A DNA stretch of 60,409 bases, the filler included, from Sphacelaria rigidula (taxonomy: Eukaryota), in assembly GCA_964200075.2 (NCBI GenBank). It is 10 parts of 10 records of this genome, joined end to end, with 100 filler letters (N's around TTAATTAATTAA, not from the genome) between each part and the next. Parts side by side here need not be neighbours in the genome. Positions count along the whole stretch, not along the records: positions 24,205 to 30,155 come from CAXNAA020023272.1; positions 30,256 to 36,206 come from CAXNAA020023273.1; positions 36,307 to 42,257 come from CAXNAA020023274.1; 7 more parts are not named here. The stretch is one strand, 5' to 3'. Each line of letters opens with the position of its first letter. Positions within the stretch are counted from its first letter, which is position 1. The notes beneath the pieces are model-generated. The model saw only the letters and a list, made by a program, of their open reading frames with translations, did not search any database and was not told where the DNA came from. Position numbers and translations under genes: made by a program. This document shows, piece after piece, positions 25,482-38,807 of this stretch.

Positions 25482-26690
25482 AGCTGGTTCACCGTTATCA
25501 CCCAAAAAACCCTCATCGGCAAAACCTCACGCCGTTTTAAGGAGTTAGACCCTGAAATGTTGCACAAATGCTCGATGGGGTCATTACACCACTTTCAAAG
25601 GTCGAGGTTGTTGAGTTTTCTACTTTTTCCGCCGTTTTTCGGGGGTCCCAGTGTTTTTCGGTGAAACTTCGATCCAGTCGGACCCCCGTGAAACGGTGAA
25701 AAATACTTGAAAAAAATCGTTTATCCAGAGTTGCATAATGACCCATAGCACAGTTGTGCAAAACTTCAGGATCTAACTCCTTGATACGGCGTGAGATTTT
25801 TCGCGTTTGTGCGATGAACTTTGTCGTGCCGCGGTGAAACCGCAAACTACTTGATTTTGGTACGAAAATGGCGTTTTGGGGTCTTCTTTAACGTGAATAT
25901 GAAAATTCAAGCATCAGCCAATCGAGTTTTGCCACGAACGTTTGTGGGGCCCTTCCTTGGGTTATGCGGCGACAGCTCGTTTTGCGAAAAAAATAATGAA
26001 AAAAAATCGCAGTACCGGTTTCCCGCGGTCTCATACTGGAGACTTGTTCGAGAAAGGACTTCGGTCCCGTCGTACCCCCGAAAAAACGGTAAAAAAAACT
26101 CGAGAAGTAAAAGCACCTCGTCCATCGAAGGTTGCGTAATGACACGTCGCATGTTTGTGCAAATTTTCCGGTTTTAACTCCTCATAACTGCGTGAAGTTT
26201 TGCGCGGTTGTGGACGACGTGCGTTTGAAACGTGCAGCTCCTAACTACTTAGTTTTAGTATGAAATCGTCTTTTGGGATGAAATCTACGCCAAGGCAAGA
26301 AAAACTGTATGAGGTTTTTAAGTTCCTAGACCAAACTTTGTACACGTGCTCCCTGGACTATCCCGGGACGCATCATTTTTTTATTTTTTTGGGGGGGGCA
26401 TTCTCTACCGCATTCCGGGGGTCTTCAAATTGGGACCCCCGGAATGCGGTAGAGAACGGAGAAAAATTGAATTGTTGTCAAGAATACACTTTTTCTATTT
26501 GGAGCATCAATATGTACGAAACTACCAAGTTTGAGGGCGATCTGAGCTTTTCTAAAACAAATATGAGGGACACCGTCACGACTCCCTGGGTCTTTCGTCG
26601 GTATCATTAGTGGAAATTAGACGACGCCAACTTTCGACACCATCGAAACATCACGGTTTGCGGTATCATTCGACCCCCGGAGTGAAAGTT
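25482..26690. repeat. ~1.2-kb dispersed non-coding element with internal inverted repeats
   Basis: Colinear copy at 35108-36206; partial copies near 27730-28160 (reverse) and 36750-36920. Confidence 0.85.
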
Positions 26691-26779
26691 TTCAAACATG
26701 TTTTTTTTCGTTAGAGTCCCGAGCCGATGGCGGTTACTGCGATTTGAAGCATGTGGAGATTGAGTGAAAATTGCAAGTT

Positions 26780-27285
26780 TGTGTTCTGTAGGGTACGGGT
26801 ATGTTCTGTACGGTATGGGATTCCTTACAGAACTTACAAAAACATCGGGTACCGGTATGAAAGTCTGACAGAAATTAAAGAACTTGTCGGGCACGGTACG
26901 GGAGGCTTACAGAAAACCGTACCGACAATCGGGTTTTTCTTTGAGAGCATACCCGCGCTCCGGGTACGGGCATGCATTATGTACAGAACTCACAAAATTG
27001 TCGGGCAAGGGTATGGGAGGCGTACAAAACTCACAGAAACTGTCGGGTAGGGCATGAAGGCTACACAGAAAACAGTATCCGCAACCGGGAATATTATCAA
27101 GAGCATACCCGTGCCCCTGGTAACGGTACGGGAGGCTTACAGAACTCACAGAACTATCGGGTAAGGGTATGAAAGTCTTACAGACTTCACAGAACTGTCG
27201 GGTACCGGTATGAGAGTATCGAGAACGATAAATACCCGGGTAAATGCCCCAGATTTACAGAAAACCGTACCTTACTCAACACAAC
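26780..27285. repeat. Degenerate minisatellite (GGTACGGGAGGCTTACAGAACTCACAGAACTGTCGGGTA-like units)
   Basis: Recurring GGTACGGG, CTTACAGAA, CTCACA(G/A)AA and TGTCGGG motifs. Confidence 0.7.
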
Positions 27286-29928
27286 ATTGGAAAAGTGAAC
27301 TTAAAACTCGTAATTTCGATCTCGGAACAATTTGACGAGCGCTGATTGGCCGATATACCTTTTTGCCCTTAGTGCTACTACTATGGCCTTGAGCACAAAT
27401 CTGACTATGTCACGCTCTTTAGCCGTCCATGGCGGTCAGTATGATATCATGCATGCGGCTATTGGATAGGTACTGCGAAAGGCATTTGCTGATGTGACAC
27501 AATTCTGGGTGATATGCGTGAAGCAGCCTGTAGCTGCCATAAGCTAGGGAATCTAACGCAAAACAACATATTGTAAAACGGTCAATATGGGATCAAGCTA
27601 TACACAAAACCATGGTATTTCGGTGCTGTAGTGTTTTTGCGTCGTCGCATCACGACTGGTTAGATGCACTGTACCCTCAGACCGCGAGAGTAATCCATCA
27701 TGATCATGCATACATTCTCGTTGTCTAAGGGTTGAGACCCAGGAAGCCTCATGACGGTTTCCGTTTATGTCTGTCTTGGAAAAGCTTTGACCGTCCTCAA
27801 ACTTGGCACTTGATCTACATGAATGCTCCATATCGAAGAATCTATGTTGAAGAATATTTGAAAGTACGTCCGCTCTTTACCGGCTCCCGGGAGCCCGGCC
27901 CGAAGACCCCTGAAAGCCGGTACAGAGTGCACGAAAATATACGTCCAAGACGTACTCGTCTCAGGATAGTACAAGGATCTTCTGCACCAATCGTCGTGAA
28001 ACTCGGAAAATCATGGATGATGTGGGGTCCGCCATAAAATCGTAAAAATGACCCTCCAGAAGATTTTTTCAGTAATTAACAGGCTCCACCGGAAATTGAT
28101 GGATTTCCCCGCACAAATCCGCATGTCCTCACGCTGTTTTCAGGAGTTACCCCTTGAAATTCTGCACACGTCGGACAAGTCAACTCGTCCTAACTCGACT
28201 CCACTCATTTTCGTATAACTCGGCGCTGAGCCATGCGGTAAACTCGGCGTTTCACCTATTTCCACTGGATGTGTTATGCCGTACTGCACATGTTCCACCT
28301 GTATCCACTCCAAAGTTCGAAAAAGCAGGCTTTCACTCACGTGTGCGGGCAGCCATGTCACGTATTTCCACTCGCGCTAGCTAGTACTGGCCGCTGTGAC
28401 TCGCATATTTCTGCTTGAGTGAGGTGAAAACGTAACGTACCTCATGAAGTGTGAGTCATACCACATAACTGAGTTATACGTTGGAATTCAGCGGTACCTA
28501 CTTTCACTGGCTGAGTGATATCATATAACTCGGTGGCACCTGTTTCCATTGCATGGGTTGTAGGGTATGACTCAGCGGCGCCTTCCTCCACCGATTGAGT
28601 CATACCACATAACTAAGTCAACTGACGAGTTTTCCGACGCGTGAACTGTTGCGCACATGTTCGACGAGACACTTCGAAACGCGTGAAGAATTATCATTTT
28701 TTTTTTCCCTTGTTCTTTCACCGGATATCCAGAGTTCCAAGTAGCCCGCATGACCCCCGAGAACCGGCAAAGAAGCGAGAACAGGGACCGTTCTTCGCGA
28801 GTTTCGTAATGGTCCACAGAATATGTGTTCAAACTTGCAGGGGCTAACCTATGCCAACGGCGTGAGGAAATCGCTGGGGAGATCAATCGGGGGTTCTTCC
28901 GTGAACCAGCCTGTACATTTTTCTGTCAAGTTCGTCGGCATGGTGGGGGTACCGTTGACATGGGCTGAACAACAGCCGGGATCTTCCAAACGCTCCGACC
29001 ATAGACAGGGTCACCCTATTTTTGACTCATGGCAAGATCCATAGAGTACACGGCGGATTTAACGGAGCAAGACACGCGTCTTCGGCGTCGAGTGTTGCGT
29101 GTTGTCGTGCTCTGGTCATGTGGGCCCAGTAAGTCAGGTGATGGTCACACAACCATGGATGAGGCGGCTCCGGCGCCGGCAGAAATTTGTCCGTGCCTCA
29201 AGCCCCCTTTGGAATCGCGCCTCAACATGGTGTTGAATATCAGAGCGCGCTTTTTCATGTCGGAACGGATATTTTTTGTACTTTTGATTCAGTTTTGACC
29301 GGAACGGCCGGCGATTCTATCGAAGCACCTGTCAACAACAAATTAAAGCTCTACGTACGGCGAACTACAAAGATCTCGCACACACTGCATTTTATTTTCT
29401 AGCCGTGTGTTTGTCCACAGGCCGTTCTCGAAACCTCGTAGCCGATCGAATCGTGAAAGTGGGCAGATCCCTCCCAGGGGAGCGGTACAAAGTGTCCAAG
29501 AAATGTGATGGCGATATTCTCTGTTCTGCGGCCAAAAGCCTTGTCAAATGTCCCGAAAGTGGAAAATACGACCCCGTTAAAAATCGAGTCGTAAGAAACG
29601 GCCCAACTCCAATAACTCGCGTGAGAAATCGCGAGGGAATACAATTTGGGCGTTCACTCTGAACCAGCCTGTATGCGTGTCCATGCTGATCTCGTCGTGC
29701 TGATTTCCTTCGTATCCTCGTCCTTGTGTAATGCTGATTTCGGTTGTGAGGTGAGTGGGGAAAAATAAAAAAAGGTGAAATGTCATGGTGTTTTGCTTTT
29801 GGAACATGCATTCATTCATCATCTTCATCCTTCTACCTCATCCACGGTATTTGTTCTCGGGCTATGTTTTCCCGGCTTACTTCACAACTTTGTATCTGTG
29901 CATCAAAAATACTCGTTGCCGGCACCAG

Positions 29929-30048
29929 GTGGCTCCTCGATTCGAGATCAAGAAATGGAATGCGGTGGCGATGTGGTCGTGGGATATATGCGCAGACACG
30001 TGCGCTATCTGCCGTAACAGCCTCAACGAGCCTAGCATTGAATACCAG
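29929..30048 (+). CDS. RBX1: RING-box protein 1 (SCF/cullin E3 subunit), exon 2
   Basis: [43 protein letters not shown] acceptor and GTAC donor; rest of gene beyond contig end. Confidence 0.95.
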
Positions 30049-30799
30049 GTACATCAAACCCTTCAACTTGTGTCATACTACGTACGGCCTACTTCAGGTG
30101 CTTCACCACAATTCATGCTACGATACGGGAGGCGGGGGGGGGGGGGGGGTGTTCTNNNNNNNNNNNNNNNNNNNNNNNNNNNNNNNNNNNNNNNNNNNNT
30201 TAATTAATTAANNNNNNNNNNNNNNNNNNNNNNNNNNNNNNNNNNNNNNNNNNNNTCGGAACACATAGAGAAGTGCAGATCATCCCTCATGCCACTTGCC
30301 GAACATATGACGGCACTTTGCGCATGGCAATTGCGAGCCTGGTCCGGTGGAAACTCGGTGTGCTCCATCTCGACTCTGTAGGGATGCGAGGTCGATAGTC
30401 GTATGACTTACGACGTGTAAGATCATGAGTACGCCCTCCTCCCCCCTCTCGTCCTCCTTCTCCGCTCTTCTGTCGATTTGAATATTTTCGGAGCAACTGC
30501 CCCGGGAAATCTGCCTAAATACCCCCTTGACCCTGTGGTCCTTCTTCGAGAAGGTAGTGATGCCAACTCAGACTGACTGTAGGTACCGGCGAAGTATTAC
30601 CGAATGCTCATCACCTGGGGTGTCGAGGGGATCGCTGGTATGCCACGTACCGGCAATATTTCACGGTCAGGAGGAATAAAATCGTGATTCAACTCATGCC
30701 CATCATTCCAACGAATAAATCATACGATTCGTACATTATTTTTTCATTTATACAGATTTTGAGTTCTTGACTCGTGCAGTACACCGTCAAGTGTATCTA

Positions 30800-31170
30800 T
30801 TTCCTACCTTCCATTCATGCGGGAGAAATCACGGGCACATATTCATCCCCTGTGGAAAAAATGTGGAATGAATCGACTGTACATGCCACTCACTCGTAAT
30901 TTCATGAGGCGTAAATGGCATGCACATCTATGCTATGCGTGATTCGTGCGAGGTGAGCGCCCATATATATTTCCCACCTTCGGGTTCATGCGGGACGAAG
31001 AGTTGGCACATGGTTGAATCCTCTAATTTCATGGGCCTTGAATCACGCGTACTTTTCTCCCATCTGTAATGCGCCCGAGATTACTCCACTGCATATGTTA
31101 TCCACCCTCGGGTTCATGCGGGATCAATAGTCGGCATATGGTTGAATCCCGTCATTTCATGGGGAGTCAA
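30800..31170. repeat. Three degenerate tandem units sharing CCACC..CGGGTTCATGCGGGA...GGTTGAATCC...ATTTCATG
   Basis: Motif visible at about 30803, 30974 and 31102. Confidence 0.6.
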
Positions 31171-32477
31171 CTCGTATGAACTCTGCTTCATCCTAGCCAT
31201 GTAATATTTACCGCCACCTACTACGGTAGATCCCTCACCCACCCAAACACACGCAGTATACCGTGGTGTGTGGTCAATTCACCTTTACGTGGCTGCATGA
31301 CGGGAGGCGGATATTTTCGGATCCACTCTGTCAAACCCCTTTCCTAAGTAGCATTTTTTTTCAAAGCCGCAGCTTTGCTGGCGAATCTGGTTCTGCGAGG
31401 TGTTGGTGGCTGGGTGTGTTTGTCTCATCGCTCGTGACGAAACACCAGATTGACTGGTAGTCACAGACATGTATACGTTCACGTATCATTTCACATTTTT
31501 CACCACTTTTCCCGACTTTTTTCTGGCGGCAAGGCATTTTTTCCCGCGCTTTCTTTCGCAGCGCACTAGGAAGGCTCAGCAGATCATTACCGTTCAGGTT
31601 TAGGTGTCATCTGATACCTGTGGCGCGTGTTCTGGCTACCGAAAGTCGCTCAAACTGGCCCTTTTTTCGCGGGGTGTCGATCCCGAACCACGAAAGACTT
31701 TTCAAGATCATGGAAAACTCGAAACAGGAACCCGAACCGCAAAAGCCTGTTGAAGATCATGAAAAACTTCAGACGGGATTACTTTTGGCGGGGCATTTTT
31801 TCCCCGTGTTTCTCTTTGTCGTGTTCTCGTTCATTTGGGAGAACGAACACATCGGTTATGCCGCGAATGTCACAAGAACATCAGTTCAGAGCAGTTGAAA
31901 ACAATTGAACACTGCCTTGGCCTTAGTCACCAGCGAACACAAGACCGTGCAATGGGCCGTCGGCGAGTTGAACAAGGCACAGCAGCACGGCAGCACAGGA
32001 GTGTTTTGCCGCCAAAAACATTAACCCTGTCCTAAAAAAGGGCCCGGTGATGTGGAAGCCACAATAATGTGCAATCTTTTCAGTCAAAAACTAACACTCT
32101 GCGGAATATATGGCTAGGTAGATAGCCAGCTAGGCGCGACATTTTCTGGCAACACCACAAATTATTCTTGTTGTTTCGAAAAAAAAACGTACAGTTCAGC
32201 AAGTCAGCAACCATGGAGTTGGAGGGCTCGGGGGTTTCTACACTATTCATTTTCGAAACAAGACCATGCAGTACAACAAGTCCGCAACCATGGGTTCGGA
32301 GGGCTCGGGGGTTTCTCCCCGAACACGAAGCCATTCTTTTGCCCAGAGAAATGCAAACTCTCACGGCCCTTCTTATCAAAGGGAATTATCCCCTCTTTCA
32401 CAACCCCCTTTTGACAGGAGATTGGCCCCATAACGACCAGTCCGGAGTCCTATCGTGAAGCAGTTTTGTACAGATTG

Positions 32478-32730
32478 GACCCCAGATCAGCACGTAGGTT
32501 CAGAAATGCGGCGGGTCTGGAAGTGGTCGTTAGTCCAACGTCTGTGTAGGTAGCGCTGCAGACAAGACGCAACAAAGCAACACAACACCTACACATCCAG
32601 CCCCGAAAAAACACGCAGACACCCACCACTCACGTGCATTAGTTTCACTGCTAGCCCTTGCTAATCTGCACACGGCAGTCTTTGTTTGACGGAAATCCGT
32701 TCTGTTTTGGACGAATGGTGGCCGCGTGCT
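32478..32730 (+). repeat. Dispersed repeat; copy at about 37060-37305
   Basis: Shared CCCCAGATC...AATGCGGCGGGTCTGGAA...AGACAAGACGCAACAA...CACCCACCACTCACG...GGAAATCCGT. Confidence 0.85.
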
Positions 32731-33201
32731 TGTCAAAATCAGCCGAAAACGTGTCGTTTCTGACCGTTTTGTAAGCGTGTGCTGTGCGCGCGTCTCACAC
32801 CAATCATCATTTTTCAATGAGTTCTGCACAGATGTATGCAAGGTCGGGCACAACGTGCACAGCTGATGAGCAGCTACGCATATGCCATTTGTGTCGAATT
32901 TTTGCTACCCAACAACTGTACAACCTTCACATCCGTGTTACTCAAGTTGGTCAACCTTATCCGGAGTCACCATCCGAAAACACATACGATGCTTTGTACA
33001 GCCACGATCACTACTGTATAATGAGACACAACAGCCTCTCTTGACCATATATTTTTTTTACTTGCGTCACCCCCAGGAGGCTCGTATCAACCTCCCGAAG
33101 GAGAACCTTGTATATACATATATATACGTACACAGAATAGAGTATGATCATACGAGACACGACCCTGCGTGGCGGACCTCGTATTTATTTTATTTCGCCA
33201 G

Positions 33202-33422
33202 CAGCAGCAAATGAGGAAATCGAGGATATGGAGGGCGAGGAGGAGGAGGAGGAGGAGGAGGAAGAAGACGAAGACGAAGACGAGGAAGACGACAAGGCGG
33301 GAAAAGAAAAGGGGCAGGGGGTTAGCGGAGGCGAGAAAAACACGGAGGCGGATGCGGGCGGGTTCAACATTGCGAGAGCGCGATCGGCGTGGATGATATT
33401 TCTTGCCGACAACCGAGAGAAG
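33202..33422 (+). CDS. Exon with acidic (E/D) tract and start of an HMG-box (IARARSAWMIFLADNREK)
   Basis: Pyrimidine tract then CAG acceptor (tandem CAGCAGCAG), AAG|GTGCGG donor; RxxSAWMIFxxDNR matches HMG-box helix 1. Confidence 0.7.
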
Positions 33423-33555
33423 GTGCGGTGCGTCTTACTCTCTTTTTTTCGTGTGAAAACTCGGATAGGCACTCGTTACGTCGATACCGTAGTAAAAAGT
33501 ACAGGGGTCGGACAAATCAATGTTTGTCCGGAAATCACTTGGTTTCAGTGTAAAT

Positions 33556-33755
33556 GATTCGTACCGTACGAATCAATCCTCAGGCTTTGTTTCCAGCGTT
33601 GAAACCCAGGTACGCGCAGCCCAGGCACGTGTAATGACGCAAAAATTGCGTGGAGACCTTTTTCACCAACGGTCAACTTTTCTCTCTTTTTCGAGGAATC
33701 AGGCCTGAAAAGCTTTGGATTTGGTGATTCGAACCGGCGATGACTCGTCCGGACC
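33556..33755 (+). repeat. Dispersed ~200-bp repeat; copies at 49557-49760 (+) and about 38090-38320 (-)
   Basis: GATTCGTACCG.ACGAATCAATCCT...CCAGGTACGCGCAGCCCA...TGCGTGGAGACC...GATTCGAACCGGCGATGA. Confidence 0.85.
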
Positions 33756-33948
33756 GTGAAAAAGCAGCCCTGGGTTTACCTGCGCCTGGAAACCCGTAGC
33801 TGTGCCCACACGTACACGGGAGGCCACTGGAGTTCAAGCGTAGCATCTATAGGTTGTGCGGGCGAAATTTTTCGGGAATGTAAAAGTTCCAAGGGCAGGT
33901 CGGGTGGTGTATCTCCGATACCCGGGTATAGTGGGAGTTGTAGGTTTG

Positions 33949-34086
33949 CACACCCTGGACAATAGATTGCCCTATCAAGAAGTGTAGGGCGTACAATATT
34001 AACTGTTGCACCTATTGCAATATACAATGGATTCCATACTGTACGCAGTACGTTTCTTGACGAGGTAATCTGTTGTCAAGGGTGTG
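33949..34086. mobile_element. Short hAT-like MITE, relative of 52890-53049
   Basis: TIRs CACACCCTGGAC / GTCAAGGGTGTG; shared GATTCCATACTGTACGCAGTAC; flanks TAGGTTTG / TAGTCTTG. Confidence 0.6.
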
Positions 34087-34887
34087 TAGTCTTGATACTT
34101 GACCAGTTGGGTAGATTATTGAGGTCATAACCCAAAGCGATGAACTCTTCACTCGAGAATTGCTGAGATTGCTCCCCCAATTTTCGCGGTAGAGTATTGA
34201 GATGATACTCAAACTACCCGACTCTTGGCTGAAGGTATACCCGGGTATTGCACCCCGTTACCTAAGAGTACATACCCTACTCGACTTGCCCTTGAAAAGG
34301 TATGAGTGGCGTCTCCGAATCTCGGGCGCAAGCATGTGCACGTGCGCTGGGGTGGCGCTGTTACGCCCTGGTACTGGTACACAGGTGCTGACACAGAAAG
34401 AAAAAAGCTCGCAATAGACCATGGCGAATGCGTACCCCTGCACATGAATTTTGATTGGTGGACTGATTGATTGACTGATTGTCGCACCTTGATCCTCCAG
34501 GCATCCAGCCGTCGTCACATGGTGAACGTATCCGAGACAGAACAAACCTGAAACACTGGCTGAGGAACAACGTGTTCTCGATATATCGCGGACACAAAGG
34601 CCCGGTACTTGCAGGAGCTTCTTCGCTGATTCGCACAGTAGACGAGCGCAGCACCTCTCCCTGCCTGTGCCCGTTGTTTTGATGTGTGCATGTAATGCCG
34701 AAGGCAGTCCATGGTAGGGGGGAGTAGGAGGGGGGGGGGGAGACAAATTGCTGCCAGAAACGACGGGATTCATGGATGCGTTGTACAACGACAGCGTAAA
34801 CTGTCTACTACATCAAGCAACATCTTAAAGTGGTCATGTTCGGACATGTGGTCGGGATTCCCCCCCCCTCCCCTTTTCCCTTCCATC

Positions 34888-35090
34888 ACACGAAAAAACT
34901 GATACTGCGATTTCGGGTGGGGGACCTGGACCTGCCAGAAAGGAAGAATTTGTATTCGAGTGGTTGGGTGAAGAAGGAAGTAGATGCACAGAATTCGCCC
35001 CTGCGGCAAGCGACTGAGAGTAGATCTCATATCGTGTCGGAACGGGAACTGTTTGAGGAAGAACGGGATGTGTCAGAGGAGATGGGGGAA
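34888..35090 (+). pseudogene. LINE family B C-terminal fragment
   Basis: LRFRVGDLDLPERK...ESRSHIVSERELFEEERDV matches the minus strand of 59450-59640. Confidence 0.75.
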
Positions 35091-38000
35091 CTAAGCTAAT
35101 GTTACAGGCTGGTTCACGTTGACCACCCAAAAAACACTCATCGGCAAGACCTCACGCCGTTTTTAAGGAGTTAGACCCTGAAATTTCTCACGAATGTTCT
35201 ATGGGTAATTTCGCAACTTTTAAAGGTCGGGGGGGGGGTTTACTTCTTGACTTTTTTCACCGTTTTTCGGGAGTCCCAGTTCTTGGGGGGAAACCTCGAC
35301 CCAATCGGACCCCCGTAGAACGGTAACAAGAACAAAAACATTCATCCAAAGTTGCGTAATGACCCAAAGCACAGTTGTACGAAATTTCAGTTTCTAACTC
35401 CTTAACACGGCGTGAGGTTTTTTGCTTTTGTGCGATGAACTTTGCCGTGCCGCGGTGAAACCACAAACTACTTGATTATAGTACCAAAACGGCGTTTTGG
35501 GGGCTTCTTTGACGTGAACATGGAAATTCAAGCATCAGTTGATCGAGGTTTGCGACGAAAAATTGTGGAGCCCATCCTTGGTTTATGCGGAGGCACATGG
35601 TTCGCGAAGAAATGAAGAGAATATATATATATCGTAGTGCCGTTTTTCTGGGGTCCCAGAATGGAGACTACTTTGGATAACAACTCCGATCCCGTCGGAC
35701 CCCCGAAAAACGGTGAAAACTCGAGAAGTAAAAAAACATCGTCCGTACAAAGTTGCGTAATGATACATAGCATATTTTTGCAAAGTTTCAGAACCTAACT
35801 CCTAATGACAACGTGAAAGTTTGCGCGTCTGTGGAGGACGTGGGCTTGAAACGTGCAACTCCCAACTACTTGGTTTTAGTATCGAAGCGTCTTTTGGGGT
35901 GAATTTGTCGTCAAGGCAAGAAAAACTGTATGATGTTTTCAATTTTCTCCACCAAACTTCGTACACGTGTTCCTTGGACTCTCCCGGGAGGCATCATTTC
36001 ATTATTTTTCTTTTAGGGCATTCTTTACCGCCTTCCGAGGGTCTTCATGCTGGGACCCCCGGAAGCCGGTAGAGAACGGAGAAACCATGATATGTTGTCA
36101 AGGATACAATTTCTCCATTTTGAGCATCAATACCTACGGAACTGCCGAGTTTGAGGACGATCTGAGCTTCTCTACAGCAGATATAGGGGACACCGTCACG
36201 AGGCTCNNNNNNNNNNNNNNNNNNNNNNNNNNNNNNNNNNNNNNNNNNNNTTAATTAATTAANNNNNNNNNNNNNNNNNNNNNNNNNNNNNNNNNNNNNN
36301 NNNNNNGAGATGTGCGTGAAAAATCCGGAGCGAAAGCGGTCTAAATGGCCTGCTTTGCTGTTTTTGCGTTCCTGGCCATTTTTCGTACCTTCCTTGGGGA
36401 ACAAACGAGAAGGTATATCTTTCCTAGGCCATTGCCCTTTGTTATATGTTATGAGGGCAAGTCTGTACTTGCACAAATCTGAGCGTCTGCAGACGATCTT
36501 CTCCCGTGGATTGTTTTTTCGGACCTCATTCCGTCCAGCAATGTTTGTTGGCTAACCGTGAGGAGACCAGCTCAATTCTTCGATTCTCTGGACGTTGACT
36601 TTTGGTACGTTAGCTTTCTGCTCGGATGAAGACACTCCCGAATATGTTTGCGCGAGGGAAAAATCTATACCGGCTTCCGGGGGTACCAGCCTGAAGACCT
36701 CCGGAAGCTGGTAAAGGGCGGAGAGAATATTCATATTCTTCAATAATACGTTTTCACATTGGGAGCATCAATACCTACCGAACTGCCAAATATGAGGGCC
36801 GTCGGAGCTTTCCTACGGCGGATTTTAGGGGGATCATCAGGAGGCTTTCTGAGTCTTGGTGCCTATCATCAGTGGAAATCCGACGAAGCCGAAACCCCAC
36901 ATCACCGAAATATCACGTTGTTGGGAATATTTCGGTATCATTGTAAGGCAGGTTTTTATCGAAGGGGAATTCCCTTTCTAAAAATCTCCTTTTGAAATGG
37001 GGTTGCCCGCACAACGCCCAGGTTCAAGTCTTATCGAGAAGCAGTGTTGCACAGGTCGAACCCCAGATCTCACACAGGTTCATAAATGCGGCGGGTCTGG
37101 AAATGGTCGCTAGTCCAAGGTCTCTGTATTGCTACAGACAAGACGCAACAAGGCAACACAACACCTACAGACCCAGCCCCGAAAGAACACGCCCAGACAC
37201 CCACCACTCACGCGCATTAGTACCAGCGCTAGCCCTTGCAAATCTACACAGCAGTATTTGTTTGCCGGAAATCCGTGCTGAATTGGACGAATAGCGGCCG
37301 CGTGCGTGAAACGGAAATCCCCTTCTCAAACACGGATTCCAGGAAGTGTTTATTCAATCCCTGGAATCCCCCTCACACACAGGGGATTTCTGGGCACGTT
37401 TTTTCGGGGGTGGTATCGCAGCGACCAATCAGCGGTCGTTTTCAAAAGGGAGATTTTGAAAAAGGGGAAAATCCCCGTCCATGAGAAGGTCCTTAACCGA
37501 TTTCAAACCTGATTTCTCGTCTGACCCCCGAGCTGACGGCAGCTACTAAAATAAAATGGGGTTGGGAATTTGTTCTTTCGATTGCAGCGCAATTTGAAGA
37601 CCACTGATTGGTGGAGGTACATTTTCGCCTTTAGCGACACCCGTGTGGCCTAAAACAAAAATCCGGCTATGTCATCCCTTCAGTTGCCACTGGTGGTCAG
37701 TCAGGACGATACCATATATGCGACTATTGGGTAGGTATTGCGGAAGGCATTTTATGACGACAGTTCTGGGTGATAAGCGAGAACCAGCCTGTACGATTCA
37801 AAGATTGTGAAGATTGGGTAGAAATCGGTTTGAGACTCGTGTTTTGAATTTCAGAATATTTTGAAGAGTGCTGATTGTTCGAGGCACCTTTTTGCCCTTG
37901 GTTCCACCGCTATGGTCATTACCAATCATCCGGCTACTGCATGTCACCTTCCTCTTCAGACGTCCATAGTTTTTGGTTGTTTCTTGTTTTGTGGTTCACT

Positions 38001-38452
38001 CCGTTTGTTTGTCCCGTCTTCCTGTTTTTCCGCATTTCTTTTCTTCAGCAAGCAATCCCGTTTCGTTCACCACAGTGGGTACGTCTATCTTGCACGGTTC
38101 GGACGACTCATCGCGAGTCCGAATCACCAAATCCACGATTTCTTGATTGCTCCGAAGAGAAAAAAAACGTCGACCGCTGGTCAAACAGGTCTCCACGCAT
38201 TTTTTGCGCCATTCCACGAGCCTGGGCTGCGTGTACCTGGGTAGCAACGCTGAAAACAAAGCCTAAGGATTAATTCGTACGGTAGAAATCAATCAGACTA
38301 AAAACAAGTAATTTCCGGACGAATCATTGATTAGTCCTACCCTTGCTACGAGTATCTTGTGACAACGACTGGATCCCTCGGGGATCACTTGATGTTAATG
38401 TGGGACAGTCAGCGACTTGAGCGAGAGGTGAGACTCGACGAAATATGCTCAC

Positions 38453-38551
38453 CGTCCTCAAAACGAAAGCAGCTAAGACTTCCGAAACAGAAACTCCTCG
38501 AGAAGCACACTGCCGCACCACCTTCCGCACAAGATCTTGTATATCTTCCAT
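38453..38551 (-). CDS. CFAP206: Cilia- and flagella-associated protein 206-like, first coding exon
   Basis: MEDIQDLVRKVVRQCASRGVSVSEVLAAFVLRT|GTGAGC resembles the CFAP206 N-terminus (IIREIGQECAAHG..VSETLIAFMVKAV); recognition from memory, single exon only. Confidence 0.6.
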
Positions 38552-38807
38552 ACTTCTTCCTTCCGTGTGGTAGTGCCAAAGGGCACTACGACACTCCGCT
38601 TCAACCCTCGATCCAATATACAGTACTACAAAACATGAAGCCCACCGTTGCAGAATAATTATGACCACACATTTGGAGCGCTGGAAAAGATAATGACCTT
38701 GGGGTTGAACTTTCCACTGCGACTTCGCATAGCTGATGGACGGAATGCCTGTGGTCTTGGAAGTGCAGTACATGTAGAGAACAGGGGGTGGACATCAAAG
38801 GTGGAGG

